This document shows positions 1-12,600 of a stretch of 64,000 nucleotides of DNA, piece by piece; positions within the stretch are counted from its first letter, which is position 1; every line of letters starts with the position of its first letter. The notes under the pieces are model-generated. The model ran no database searches and was not told the origin of the DNA. It saw only the letters and a list, made by a program, of their open reading frames with translations. Location of the stretch: contig CAYTAT010000001.1 of NCBI GenBank assembly GCA_964435795.1, forward strand, positions 166,153 to 230,152, read 5' to 3'. Position numbers and translations under genes: made by a program. This DNA is from an uncultured Spirochaetaceae bacterium. GTDB taxonomy: Bacteria > Myxococcota_A > UBA9160 > UBA4427.

Positions 1-867
1 CTGCGTGATTTCGACGTCCACGCGCCGAGTGGTTATACGGGCTTGCGGAGCATTCCCCTCGTAGTGGATCTGCATGGTGCGGGATCCAATAAAGTGGAGC
101 ATCGAGCAATATCGGGTTGGTCCACGAGAGCCGATGCCAGCGGTTTCCTCGTCGCTTATCCGAATGGACTCTTCAATACATGGAATGCGGGGGTCTGCTG
201 CGGGGGCGCCATGCTGGGCCTGGTAGATGATGTCGGTTTCATTCGGGCGATGGTGGCATCGATTTCGAGCGAAGCCCCCGTCGATCCCCTGCGCATCTAC
301 GTCACGGGTCTTTCGAATGGGGGCGCGATGAGCCATCGCCTTGCTTGCGAGGCGGCCGACCTTTTTGCCGCGGCAGCTCCAATGGCTTTTCCCATTCCCT
401 ATACGGACTTTGCGAGCCAGTGTCAGCCCTCTCGTCCAATCCCGGTCCTGGCCTTCATGGGCCTGACGGATATCGTGATTCCCTATACGGGTGGCTTTTT
501 CGGAGATGCCCTCCCGAGTCTCGAAGCGTGGCGGGCCCAGAACTCCTGCGGCAGTGAACCGATGGAGATTCACGAGACCTACGGAGGCAGCTATTGTGAT
601 ATCGATACGAGTTGCACGGCAGAAGTCGAGGTGGGCCTCTGCAGCATCCGGGGATCGGATCTGGCCCCCCCCCTCGATATCTTCAACGGACACCTGCTCT
701 ACATCAATGACGATGCCATGGTTCTGGCAGATCGGGCATGGACATTCTTCCTGCGCTTCGCGCCGCCGCCTGCTGGGATTCCCCTGGCGGGGCCCATCGG
801 ATGGGGAGTCCTGGGCCTGCTGCTGATGGTGGCCGGCTTCGCGATGCTGAGCGATCGCCGACGCTGA
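1..867 (+). CDS. Secreted or anchored esterase of the PHB-depolymerase/LpqC-like alpha/beta-hydrolase family; 5' end cut by the window edge
   Basis: The frame of ORF 43..867 stays open back to base 1 (LRDFDVHAPSGYTG...). It has a 'PLVVDLHG' oxyanion-type segment, a G-L-S-N-G nucleophile elbow and a C-terminal hydrophobic anchor (WGVLGLLLMVAGFAML). Confidence 0.7.
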   Translation: MRDFDVHAPSGYTGLRSIPLVVDLHGAGSNKVEHRAISGWSTRADASGFLVAYPNGLFNTWNAGVCCGGAMLGLVDDVGFIRAMVASISSEAPVDPLRIYVTGLSNGGAMSHRLACEAADLFAAAAPMAFPIPYTDFASQCQPSRPIPVLAFMGLTDIVIPYTGGFFGDALPSLEAWRAQNSCGSEPMEIHETYGGSYCDIDTSCTAEVEVGLCSIRGSDLAPPLDIFNGHLLYINDDAMVLADRAWTFFLRFAPPPAGIPLAGPIGWGVLGLLLMVAGFAMLSDRRR

Positions 868-1141
868 GGTTCTTCTTGTTGGCCGCCGGCTGCCGAATAG
901 CACTGAACTCAAGCTAGGCTGTCGCCTTCTGCGAGCATTCCGGAGATTTCCCCGACATCCCCGGGAAGAGGCCCTGGCGGCGCCTCTAGGGCTATCGCGA
1001 TGGGGCATCAAGTCACACCACCCCGACTCGGGCTCCATTTCGACCACAAGCCCGGCTCCTCGCGTTTCAGGATGCCCGTCACAGAGCGGAGGGTTTGCTA
1101 TTTCTCTTGGCTGTGAAAAATTCGGTTGAGGGGGGATAGCT

Positions 1142-2107
1142 TTGTCGGATCAACTTCAGGCAAGAGTTGCGAGCAGTTCCGAGGAGATGCCATTTCTGGT
1201 TCGGGTTTTTGCCTGGACGGTCTTCCCTGTTTTTTTCTGTGGCAGCATCGCGTTGGCGATCAAAGAGATGAACCGGGGAGTGGATCCCGCCCTTGCCTAC
1301 ATAATCCCCGTCGTTGCCTCTTATCTCCTCGTCATGTTGCTCGAGCGGATATTGCCCCTGCATCGGAGTTGGAGTCGCTCGCAGGGAGATATCCACGTCG
1401 ACATCCTTTACCTGATCTTCTCGGGTGCGGTCACCGTCCAACTATTGAGACCCATGATGCTCGCCCTTGGAGTTGGTCTGGGCGGGTGGCTGTCGCAATT
1501 TTTTCAGGGGGGGCCGTGGCCTCAAGATTGGCCGCTGCTCATCCAGTTGATCCTTTCACTCATCGTCGGTGAGTTCTTCATGTATTGGGCTCATCGCCTG
1601 GGTCATGTATGGGAACCGCTCTGGCGTTTCCATGCGGTCCACCATAGTGCGCCGCGACTCTATTTCCTGAATGCCGTGCGTTTTCATCCGGTCGATCTGG
1701 CGATCTCGACATTCTCCCCCTTCATTGTCCTGGTAGCGCTGGGCGCGGATGACCGAGTGCTTGCGCTCTATGCCCTGGTTTCGGCTGTGCACGGAATCTT
1801 CCAGCATGCGAATCTTCCGATCCGATGTGGCCCGCTGAACTGGATCTTCAGCATGGCGGAACTCCATCGCTGGCACCATTCCCGTTCGCTGGAGGAGGCG
1901 AATACCAATTACGGACAGAATCTGATCATCTGGGATATCGTTTTCGGGACCCGTTTTCTGCCTGCCGATCGCGAACCGCCCGAGGATATCGGGATCGCGG
2001 GGATGCCCGATTTCCCGATGGGTTTCATCGGGCAGTTGATCTCGCCCATCACCTGGGCACGGATTCAGGCCGAGAATAGCGGCGCTACGACCGACGAGAC
2101 TGAATGA
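1142..2107 (+). CDS. Fatty acid hydroxylase / sterol desaturase superfamily membrane protein
   Basis: Histidine boxes HRLGH, HAVHH and HRWHH follow N-terminal TM helices. The TTG start is preceded by a GAGGGGGG SD-like run. Confidence 0.8.
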   Translation: MSDQLQARVASSSEEMPFLVRVFAWTVFPVFFCGSIALAIKEMNRGVDPALAYIIPVVASYLLVMLLERILPLHRSWSRSQGDIHVDILYLIFSGAVTVQLLRPMMLALGVGLGGWLSQFFQGGPWPQDWPLLIQLILSLIVGEFFMYWAHRLGHVWEPLWRFHAVHHSAPRLYFLNAVRFHPVDLAISTFSPFIVLVALGADDRVLALYALVSAVHGIFQHANLPIRCGPLNWIFSMAELHRWHHSRSLEEANTNYGQNLIIWDIVFGTRFLPADREPPEDIGIAGMPDFPMGFIGQLISPITWARIQAENSGATTDETE

Positions 2108-2133
2108 ATTCCGAAGCTATTCACGGATTCCCG

Positions 2134-4182
2134 CTATCGATTCGGAAGCATCATGCGGGCGACCTGGGCCATGGCCCCGGCGATGAGTTCGGGTTTCCTC
2201 GCATCTCCGAGGCTCTGTAGGCCGGGAATTTTTTCGTGCAACTGCTCGGCCAGCCGCATTTCCGCTTCGATAGTACCGGTGACGATGACCGAGTCCGCTT
2301 CCATCCGTCCACCGCCCATCAATACGATCTCTTTCCGGCTGATTTCGATGACCTCCGCCCTCGTATGTATCGTCACAGCCAACCCTTCGAGGCGTTGGAT
2401 GTGTTCGAATCGTCGCTTGGGGCCAACGTCGCTGCCGATATCGTCGCCGGCTTCGAGCAGGTTGACCCGGCGTCCGCGCTCGGCGAGAAATTCGGCGAGT
2501 TCGATTCCGGCCAGGTTTGCGCCGATGATCGCGACTCGGTGGCCCAGGGGCAACCAATATCGCGTCAGCAGGCGGATGGATGGGGGATCGAGCAGGCGCG
2601 CGATGGGTGCGCCCAGGACTCGAATCATCCAGCGCTGATGAGTGGAAAACTTCCGGTCTGCCTCCTGGGGCCAGCCTCCAATGAGCAGCGCGGTCAGCAT
2701 CTTCCCAGTCAGCACATGGGGAAGCTGGTCGCCGGGAATCCGCTGCGTTCGATGTCGACCGCCAGTGGCCAGGACTACGTTTTCTATTCCCAGGTTTTCG
2801 ATCTGATCTGCGTCGAGAGCTGAATTGAGCTCAACCGTGATCTGGAGCCGCTTGACTTCCGAGATCAGGAAGTTCAGGAAGGGCTGATTCTCGGCGTGTA
2901 CGATCGATGCCATCCGCAATGCACCGCCGAGTCTGGACCGGGCTTCGTAGATTGTAACCGAGTGTCCTCGCTCCGCGGCGATTCGGGCCGCTTCGAGTCC
3001 CGCTACGCCTCCGCCAACCACGGCAATCCTTTCGGGTCGGAATGTCCGGCCCAGGTCCAATTTGTATTCGTGACCCGTAAAGGCATTGATCGCGCAGGCC
3101 ATGCGTCCGACTTGCATGGAATCGATGCAGTGTTGACATGAGATGCAGTATCGGATCTGTTCTGCTCTCCCCGTCCGGGCCTTGTTGGGCCATTCGCTAT
3201 CCGCCAGCAGTGGGCGCCCCATTGCGATCAGGTCGGCGCGCCCCTCGCTCAGGATCTTCTCAGCAAGGGCCGGGTCATGAATGCGCCCCACCGCGATTAC
3301 GGGTACATCAACGACTTCCTTGACGGCCTGGGCGGCTGCGACATTATGGCCGGGAGGGAGGTGGGAACCAGCGACCATCTGGGTGGTCAAGGGGTCGATG
3401 ACACCACCGCTGATATGAAAAGCGTTGACTCCGGCTTCTACCAGGTGAGCCGCGATAGCGGCGGTATCGTAGCTGGGTCGCCCGGCGGCGATGCGTTCGT
3501 GACCGGAGATTCGCAGCGTGAGCGGAAAGTCCTCCCCGGCGGCCGCTTTGATCGCTCGAATGACCTCGATGAGGAGTCGACAGCGACCGGCCTGGCTGGA
3601 GCCCGAGTAGCCGTCCTTTCGGCGATTGCGATTCGGGGTGAGGAAGGAGCCGAGGAGCATATAGCCGTGGGCAGCATGCAATTCGATGCCATCGTAACCC
3701 GCCTCCCGAACGCGTTCGGAGGCGGCCGCGAATTCTTCGACAATGCCCGGAATTTCTGCGATATCGAGTTCGCGGCAGGGGATTCCGCTCAGATAGGATG
3801 GGATCACCGAGGGGCCGATATTGGGCAGGCCCGAGAGATGGGGAGCCATGCCGTCGGGCCCGGGATGGACGAGTTGGGGCTGGATCCGGGCCCCCTGGGC
3901 CTGGACGCGTTGGGTGAGTTCGCGGTGCGCATCGAGGCGCGCGTCGGCTCCAAAATGGATGCTGCGGGGGACTTCCCGATGTGACTCATCGATGGTGCAG
4001 GCTCCGAGGGTGATCAAAGCGATTCCGCCTCGGGCTCGGGCCTCGAAGAAGGCGATGCTGCGGGAGGAGGGCTCACCCTCGAGTGTCGCGTAGGAGTTCT
4101 CCATCGGCGACATGATCAGGCGATTGCGGAGTTGAAGCGCTCCGATCTTCACGGGTGAGAAGAGGTTCGGGAATTCAGTCAC
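2134..4182 (-). CDS. NADH:flavin oxidoreductase, 2,4-dienoyl-CoA reductase-like (OYE domain + Fe-S + FAD/NAD(P) domain)
   Basis: 682 aa. It has an OYE-type N-terminus (LIMSPMENSY...HAAHGYLL-like), a Cys cluster (CISCQHCIDS...C) and a Rossmann motif (VAVVGGGVAGLEAA). GTG start. Confidence 0.85.
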   Translation of the reverse strand: MTEFPNLFSPVKIGALQLRNRLIMSPMENSYATLEGEPSSRSIAFFEARARGGIALITLGACTIDESHREVPRSIHFGADARLDAHRELTQRVQAQGARIQPQLVHPGPDGMAPHLSGLPNIGPSVIPSYLSGIPCRELDIAEIPGIVEEFAAASERVREAGYDGIELHAAHGYMLLGSFLTPNRNRRKDGYSGSSQAGRCRLLIEVIRAIKAAAGEDFPLTLRISGHERIAAGRPSYDTAAIAAHLVEAGVNAFHISGGVIDPLTTQMVAGSHLPPGHNVAAAQAVKEVVDVPVIAVGRIHDPALAEKILSEGRADLIAMGRPLLADSEWPNKARTGRAEQIRYCISCQHCIDSMQVGRMACAINAFTGHEYKLDLGRTFRPERIAVVGGGVAGLEAARIAAERGHSVTIYEARSRLGGALRMASIVHAENQPFLNFLISEVKRLQITVELNSALDADQIENLGIENVVLATGGRHRTQRIPGDQLPHVLTGKMLTALLIGGWPQEADRKFSTHQRWMIRVLGAPIARLLDPPSIRLLTRYWLPLGHRVAIIGANLAGIELAEFLAERGRRVNLLEAGDDIGSDVGPKRRFEHIQRLEGLAVTIHTRAEVIEISRKEIVLMGGGRMEADSVIVTGTIEAEMRLAEQLHEKIPGLQSLGDARKPELIAGAMAQVARMMLPNR

Positions 4183-4305
4183 CGTCGAGATTTCCGCATT
4201 TCCGAAAGCTCAATCCGATTCTGCGAGCGACTTTTGGGTGCGTTTTCGACGGGCTGCGGAGGAAATTGCTCGGACTCCTGCTTCGGAGGGCCCGATGCGT
4301 CTGAA

Positions 4306-5100
4306 TCAGATTGCGTCGCCATGCCGCACATTGCGAAGCTGCCGATTTCGCCATTGCGGCAGGCCCGCCGGCTGGTAGGCGAGCAGATAGGCGCGGCGAT
4401 TTTCCTGTGCCCGATTCGTCTGGGAGCCGTGGACGATGTCACGGTGAAAGAAGGCCATCGATCCCGCCGGGAGTTCGAGGGGAATCCCCTTTTCTTCCAG
4501 GTTTCCGACATCCGTATAGAGCCTTCCCAGGGTGCCTCGATCCTTCAGGGATTCGAGGGTCCCGTAGCGATGAGTGCCGGGGATGAGCCATAGGCAGCCA
4601 TTCTCTACGCTGGCGTCGTCGAGATAGAGGATCAGGGTGATGACATGTTCGAGATCCTCGGCCCCATAGGCCCAATAGGGCCCCTCCTGATGCCAGGGAA
4701 AGGGAGCGCCTCCGGGTCGCTTCACGTTGAGCTTGTCACTGAAAAGGGAGAGTTCCTTCTGGCCAATCAGGTCGGCGCAGGGTCCCCAGCAACGGGAATC
4801 GTCGATCAGGGCCGCGAGGCGTTCATCCAATTGGAAGACCGGCTCCATCGAGCGCACCGCACGGAGTTCTTGATTCCATTCCCATTTGATCGTGGAGCCG
4901 AGAAGTTGCTGGTATTTCTGGTTGTCTACCTGCTCGATGGCGGTCGCATCCTTCTGGTTGGCAGCATCGAGGACCTGTTGGTGAGCATTCTCGGCGGCCT
5001 CACGCAATTCCAGGATCTCCGCAGGGGAGAATATATTTGGCCGACAGAAATAGCCGAGTTTCTCGTATTGATCTCGCTCGGCTGGCGTAACGGAATGCAT
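4306..5100 (-). CDS. Phytanoyl-CoA dioxygenase (PhyH) family Fe(II)/2-oxoglutarate oxygenase
   Basis: 264 aa with a FPWHQEG metal-ligand region and a later FFHRDIVHGSQTN motif, both typical of the PhyH fold. Confidence 0.75.
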   Translation of the reverse strand: MHSVTPAERDQYEKLGYFCRPNIFSPAEILELREAAENAHQQVLDAANQKDATAIEQVDNQKYQQLLGSTIKWEWNQELRAVRSMEPVFQLDERLAALIDDSRCWGPCADLIGQKELSLFSDKLNVKRPGGAPFPWHQEGPYWAYGAEDLEHVITLILYLDDASVENGCLWLIPGTHRYGTLESLKDRGTLGRLYTDVGNLEEKGIPLELPAGSMAFFHRDIVHGSQTNRAQENRRAYLLAYQPAGLPQWRNRQLRNVRHGDAI

Positions 5101-5312
5101 CTATGTCCTCGGAATCTCGAGTGATGGATGGGGAGTGGGCCGCCCGCTCAAGAGATCGGGAGATTCCGCCCCGGCCGCATCGGCATTCTAGCCCGGATAT
5201 GGGGCATCTTACCATCCCGTCCGAATGAATCGATCCGAGCCCGGCGTGCCGGCTTTGCCGTCGCTATGCTGGCCCTTCTCGCCGGCTTACCCGGATCGAA
5301 GGATGATCGAAG

Positions 5313-7103
5313 TTGACCCGGATCTACGGCGCCTTGGAGGTGATGGGGGGTACACTTTCCCTGGGCTTCATTGTTGCGATCGGTATCGTGATCCTGATCC
5401 TCGCGCCGATCTATCTTGGAGCCGCCTTCGTGGTACTGGGCCGCTTTGCCGGGGCTGCACGTCGTCGAAATCTGATCGCGTTTACGGTAGCCCTGGTCTG
5501 CGCCGTTTTCGCCCTGCTCTGGCTACACTTCTTCGAGCCGGAAGTGGAATTGCTCTCGGGGTCAGAATTATTTCGGGCCTGGATCGCAGAACTGCTCTGG
5601 ATCGCTCCTATCAGTGTCGGAAGCGTCTGGCTTTATCTCCTTTCGCGCAACATGAGTGGACTCCTGCGCTTCCTGGGATTGGGTCTTCTGCCCGCTGCGA
5701 TCGGGGCGGGTATGGCATTGCTCCCCCAGCAGAGATGGGACATCACTCCCGAATCGGCTGCCGGTCTCGGATTGCTGCTCTCGGTGCTCCTGGGCCTGAT
5801 CCCCCTGGCGTTGGCGGGTCTGATCGAGATGAGGCGCGGGGTCGAGTGGTTTATTGCAACCCGCTATCTGGTCGCTGAAAGGCGGCAGATCTTCATTTCG
5901 GCAATAACCCTGATATGTGTGGGCGCAGTGGCGGCGGGAGTCTGGCTCATCATCACCGTACTCTCTGTGATGAACGGATTTGAAAAAACCTGGCGCGAGG
6001 AAATTGTCGGGAATTACGCTCATCTCATCGTGCGCAGCTATTCTGGAGAGATCATCGACTACCCCGGAGTTCTGGAGAGGATTGAAGCTCTGGAGGGAGT
6101 TGTTGCGGCCAATCCTTTTCTCGATGGTGAGGGCATGATCCGCGGAGGCCCGGGTCGTCTCGCACCTATACGGCTACGGGGAATCGATCCGGAGCGGGCC
6201 GCCAGGGTGACCCGACTGGATGATAAACTCGTCCAGGGGACTCTGGCCGAGTTATGGCCAGCTGGGAAAGAGGACGGAGCTCCGGCCTCGGGCCTCATCA
6301 TCGGAAGCGTTCTGGCGGATAAGCTCGAGCTGACGCTCGGCGATCCGATCACCCTCATCTCCCCAGTGGGCGGTGCCCCGACGCCCATGGGGCCGTCTCC
6401 GAGGCTTCTGCGCTCCCGGGTCGTGGGCCTCTTTCAATCCAGTTTTCTGCAGTTTGACGAACTCTACGCCTACGCGACGATTCCCGAAGTTCAGGAATTT
6501 CTCGGGAATCGCGAGGGGGTGAAGGGCTTCGAGGTTCGGACCCTCGATTTCTATCGCTCTCGTCGCGTCGCTGCCGCCATCGAAGAAGAACTCGGACATC
6601 CCTTCTACGCACGCGACTGGAAGGAACTCTTCCCCGGATTCTTCCACGCCCTGCAGGATAATCGATCCCTGATGTTCATGTTGCTGATCATGATCATGGT
6701 CGTTTCCGCTTTCGTGATCGTCGTGACACTGATGATGATGATCATGGCGAAATCGACCGATGTCGCGATTCTCAAGACAATGGGGGCTCGGGATGAGAGC
6801 ATCGGCCTGATTTTTTCTATCGAGGGAACGCTGATCGGGCTTGCGGGAGTGGTTCTGGGCGTGTTGGCGGGAGTGGCGGTATCCAATCGCCTGGCCTGGA
6901 TACAGACACAGATCGAGGAGATCACGGGTGTGGACACGCTCCCCGCGAGCGTGTACCAGATCTCGACCCTGCCATCGGAACTGGATGTCGTGCAGGTCTT
7001 CGGTGTCGTCGCAATCGCCCTGGTGCTTTCCCTGGGTGCCACCCTTCTCCCGAGTCGTCACGGTGCTCGCCTCGATCCCGTAGAGGTGCTGCGGGAAGAA
7101 TAG
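5313..7103 (+). CDS. LolC/LolE-type (FtsX/MacB-fold) ABC transporter permease with a 172-aa polytopic N-terminal extension
   Basis: From residue about 173 the sequence is canonical (WFIATRYLVAERRQ...VLSVMNGFEKTWREEIVG, with a C-terminal FtsX 4-TM bundle). Upstream, the same frame encodes 4-5 hydrophobic helices. A canonical-length alternative start is the ATG at 5829. Confidence 0.75.
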   Translation: MTRIYGALEVMGGTLSLGFIVAIGIVILILAPIYLGAAFVVLGRFAGAARRRNLIAFTVALVCAVFALLWLHFFEPEVELLSGSELFRAWIAELLWIAPISVGSVWLYLLSRNMSGLLRFLGLGLLPAAIGAGMALLPQQRWDITPESAAGLGLLLSVLLGLIPLALAGLIEMRRGVEWFIATRYLVAERRQIFISAITLICVGAVAAGVWLIITVLSVMNGFEKTWREEIVGNYAHLIVRSYSGEIIDYPGVLERIEALEGVVAANPFLDGEGMIRGGPGRLAPIRLRGIDPERAARVTRLDDKLVQGTLAELWPAGKEDGAPASGLIIGSVLADKLELTLGDPITLISPVGGAPTPMGPSPRLLRSRVVGLFQSSFLQFDELYAYATIPEVQEFLGNREGVKGFEVRTLDFYRSRRVAAAIEEELGHPFYARDWKELFPGFFHALQDNRSLMFMLLIMIMVVSAFVIVVTLMMMIMAKSTDVAILKTMGARDESIGLIFSIEGTLIGLAGVVLGVLAGVAVSNRLAWIQTQIEEITGVDTLPASVYQISTLPSELDVVQVFGVVAIALVLSLGATLLPSRHGARLDPVEVLREE

Positions 7104-7112
7104 GGATGAGTT

Positions 7113-8108
7113 CTAAGAGCCGGCAGCTGACTTTGGCAGTTCGACTTCGATCCGGGCCTGGGCGCGCAAACTCGCTACGAAGTTGCGGAATGCCGCCTTC
7201 TCGAGTTCCCTGAGTCGCTCGTTGCGGACTCGACTTCGAATTCTCGCAAGCGGAGGCAGGCTCGCAGGGACGTATTCGTAGATCCAGACGTAATGAAGTC
7301 CGTAGCTCGATGATATCGGACCCTCCCAGCGGCCCGGGCTCGCCTGCATGCTGGCTGCGGCAAAGTCTGGACCCAGCTGCCGGGCGAGAGACTTCTGACT
7401 GGAGAGCGGCAGGTGGAGGGGGAGAAGAAAGGGATCTCCCCATTCAGCGGCCGTCGCGGGCGCAATGTCCTGCTCCCGGAGCTTCTGACCCAGGGCCTTC
7501 GCGTCGGCGAGAAGATCCTCACCGTGTCGGTCTCGGCTGAGGAAGATATGACTGAGCCGAATTCGGGCCGGCTCCATGAACTCTTCATGATGTGCCGCCA
7601 GGTAGGCTTCGAGTTCTTCGTCCGGGATTTCCTGGTCGCGTACCGAGGAGACGACCAGGAGTCGCATTCTCTCCAGGAGCCGTCGCCTCACGACGATGTC
7701 GGATCGGTCCATACCCTGCTCGTAGGCCCGCTCCAGCATTTCTTCATCGCTGCCGCTCTCATCTTCAGCAAGAAAACGCTGGTTCCGGATCAGCCTGCGC
7801 AGGACGATTCCGTCCGTCCGATGCCAGCCCAGTCTGCGCGTCTCATGGAGTAATAATTCATCTTCGATATGCGAGCGGATCAGGGCCTCGAGGAGTTCGG
7901 GGTCGGGGCTACGGCCGTTCTGATCCAGCCAACCCTTCTCGAGGGCCTGGATTTCAGGGGTCGCAACCTCGATGATGACTTGGGGGGTCGGTGTGCTCCA
8001 AATCCGATCGGCAAAGAAGAGCAGGCTGCCGAGCAGGAGGAAGTGGAAGAGCGGGGCCTGGAGCAGGCGTTGGAAACGTGTGTTTTTCCGGGTCTTCGGC
8101 TCGTCCAT
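7113..8108 (-). CDS. Membrane-anchored PpiC/parvulin-type peptidyl-prolyl isomerase (SurA/PpiD-like chaperone)
   Basis: An N-terminal TM helix (LFHFLLLGSLLFFADRIW) is followed by a parvulin-like segment (IRLSHIFL...GPISSSYGLHYVWI). The start was moved to the internal ATG (MDEPK) because the longer ORF would overlap purB. Confidence 0.7.
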   Translation of the reverse strand: MDEPKTRKNTRFQRLLQAPLFHFLLLGSLLFFADRIWSTPTPQVIIEVATPEIQALEKGWLDQNGRSPDPELLEALIRSHIEDELLLHETRRLGWHRTDGIVLRRLIRNQRFLAEDESGSDEEMLERAYEQGMDRSDIVVRRRLLERMRLLVVSSVRDQEIPDEELEAYLAAHHEEFMEPARIRLSHIFLSRDRHGEDLLADAKALGQKLREQDIAPATAAEWGDPFLLPLHLPLSSQKSLARQLGPDFAAASMQASPGRWEGPISSSYGLHYVWIYEYVPASLPPLARIRSRVRNERLRELEKAAFRNFVASLRAQARIEVELPKSAAGS

Positions 8109-8205
8109 GGACTGGAGTTGATACCCGATCTTCTTCGGTCGGGCCCGTCTCGGCGGAGTCCTTCCATATTTCCCGCAAGGATTCCCCGCCTCCTTATGAG
8201 CCTCC

Positions 8206-9618
<1,413 letters not shown>

Positions 9619-12600
9619 TCAGTCCACCCAGCTGCGAGCGTTGCGATAGAGGTTCATCCATGGCGCATCTTCGCCCCATTCTGGGGGATGCCAGGAATAT
9701 TGAACCGAGCGAAAGACCCTCTCGGGATGGGGCATCATGATATTGACTCGGCCATCCCGGGTCGTGAGGCCGGTAATACCCTGGGGCGAACCATTCGGAT
9801 TTTCGGGATAGTGGGCGGTGGCTTCTCCGCGATGATCGACGAAGCGGAGGCTGACCAGTGGGGCGATCTCCTGCACTTCGGATCCGAAAAATTCGGCTCG
9901 TCCCTCGCCGTGAGCGACGGCGATGGGCAGGCGGGCTCCCTGCATGCCGCGCAGCAAAATCGAGGGACTTTCCTCGACCTCGACGAGGCATAACCTCGCT
10001 TCGAATTGATCGGAGCGATTGCGGACGAAATGCGGCCAATGCTCAGCACCGGGAATCAATTCATGGAGGTTGGAGAGCATCTGGCAGCCATTGCAGACGC
10101 CGAGCGAAAAACTGTCGGGTCGGGCAAAGAAGGATGAGAAGATATCCCGGGCACGTGAGGAAAAGAGGATCGACTTGGCCCATCCTTCCCCGGCACCCAG
10201 AACGTCCCCATAGGAGAAGCCCCCGCATGCAACGAGGCCCCGGAAGTCATCCAGACTGCTTCGTCCCTCGAGAATATCGCTCATATGAACGTCGACGCAG
10301 TCAAAGCCGGCGCGGTCGAAAGCCGCCGCCATCTCGATCTGACCATTCACTCCCTGTTCGCGGAGGATCGCCATCGGTGGGCGCTGGCCTCCAATGGTGG
10401 CAGCGGGGATGGAGCGCTCCTGCCATGAGGGAGGAAGCTGGGAAGAGAGTCCGGGATTCGCGTCGTCCAGGCGCAGCGAGTGTTCCTCATCCGCACACTC
10501 CGTATCGTCGCGAAGTCGCTGCATCTGCCAGGTCGTTTTTGACCATAGATCTCGCAGTTGGCTGCGCTCCCGTTCCAGGAGGGACTGCCCTTTATTTCGG
10601 ATGGTGATTCTTGTGCTCGATAGGGGCCGACCGATATCCAGGACGAGATCTTCCAGCCCGTGCACCGAGAATTCTTCCAGGATGGAATCCATATCCGTTT
10701 CACGGATTTGCACAATCGCCCCAAGCTCTTCGTTGAAGAGGAAGGGCAGGCATTTCTCAGCGGGGCAGGAAAGGTCGATCTCGAGCCCCATTCCCCCGGC
10801 GAATGCCATTTCGCAGAGGGTCGCAAAGGCGCCTCCATCCGAGCGGTCATGGTATGCCAGCAGAAGATCCTTTTCGTTCAAGTGCTGGATGGCATCGAAA
10901 AAGGCCCGCAGTTGTTTTGGATCGTCCACATCCGGGCACTCATCTCCGAGGCAGCGATGAACCTGGGCCAGGGCGGATCCCCCCATGCGTTGGCGCCCCT
11001 TTCCGAGGTCAATCAGCAGCAGGCGGGTCTCGCCGGCATCGCGGCGCAATTCGGGAGTGAGACTGGAGCGAATATCCCTGACCCTTGCGAAGGCGCTGAC
11101 GATGACCGAAATGGGTGCCGTTACACTATGTTCGCCATCCTGATCCTCCCAGACCGTTCGCATCGACATGCTGTCCTTGCCCACGGGAACCGCGATTCCC
11201 AGGGCGGGGCAGATCTCTTTTCCGAGGGCTCGCACGGCATCGTATAGGCCCGCATCCTCGCCCTGATGTCCGGCAGCCGCCATCCAATTCGCCGAGAGCT
11301 TGATCTCCTGGGTGCCGAGGATCGATGCGCAGGCAATATTCGTGACGGCTTCGCCCACCGCCATGCGGGCGGAGGCGGCCGGATCCAGCAGGGCCAGGGG
11401 CGTGCGTTCTCCGATCGCCATGGCTTCACCCGTGAAGGTGTCGAAACTCGTAGTTGTAATCGCGGCATCGGCGACGGGAACCTGCCAGGGGCCCACCATC
11501 TGGTCCCGGTGGACGAGGCCTCCGACCGTGCGGTCTCCAATCGTGATCAGGAAGCTCTTATCCGCCACCGACGGCAGCTGCAATACAGACTCCGCCGCAT
11601 CCGCGAATTCGATGTTCGAGAGGTCGAATTCTTCCCTTGCAAAGGGAATGCGCTTGACATCGCGTTGCATGCGGGGCGGTTTTCCGAAGAGGAGGGAGAG
11701 GGGCAGGTCGACGGGGCGATTGGCAAAATACTCATCCTCGACGATCAGGAGCCCATCGTCGGTGGCTTCGCCCACTACGGAGAAGGGGCAGCGTTCGCGA
11801 CGGCAGAGAGCCTCAAAATTCTCGATTTCTTCGGCGGAGATCGCCATCACGTAGCGCTCCTGGCTTTCATTGCACCAGACTTCCATCGGGGTCATACCCC
11901 GTTCGGCGTTCGGAATTCTCCGAAGTTCGAAGCGCGCTCCGCGTTGGCTGTCGTTGATGAGTTCCGGCAGGGCATTCGAAAGGCCGCCCGCACCGACATC
12001 GTGGATGGAGATGATCGGGTTCTTTTCGCCTTCCGCCCAGCAGCGGTCGATGACTTCCTGGCAGCGGCGCTCGAGTTCGGCGTTTTCGCGCTGTACGGAT
12101 GCGAAGTCCAGATCTTCCTGGCTGCTGCCGGAATCCATTGAAGATGCCGCCCCCCCGCCGAGTCCGATCAACATGGCGGGGCCGCCGAGAACGACAATTC
12201 TGGCTCCGGGGGGAATCGTTCCCTTCTCCACGTGCTCATTGCGGATATTCCCCAGGCCGCCGGCCAGCATGATCGGTTTGTGGTAGCCGCGGATTTCGAT
12301 TCCTCCGGCGCCCGCTACCTTTTCCTCGTAGGTGCGAAAATATCCCGCCAGATTTGGTCTCCCGAATTCGTTGTTATAGGCCGCCCCCCCGATCGGCGCC
12401 TCGAGCATGATCTCAAGGGCCGAAGCGATGCGATCCGGCTTTCCGAAGTCTTCCTCCCACTTTTGTTCAGTCCCGGGAATTCGAAGATTCGAGACCGAGA
12501 AACCCGTGAGCCCGGCCTTGGGGCGGGCCCCTCGCCCGGTGGCCCCCTCGTCGCGGATTTCTCCTCCAGAACCGGTTGCGGCTCCCGGGTAGGGAGAGAT

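Noticed and set aside
5225-5878. 217-aa ORF overlapping the 5' extension of the LolE-like gene in another frame
   Set aside because: The sequence is Arg/Pro/Gly-rich without structure. The overlapping frame (5313..) shows coherent TM-helix periodicity and is preferred.
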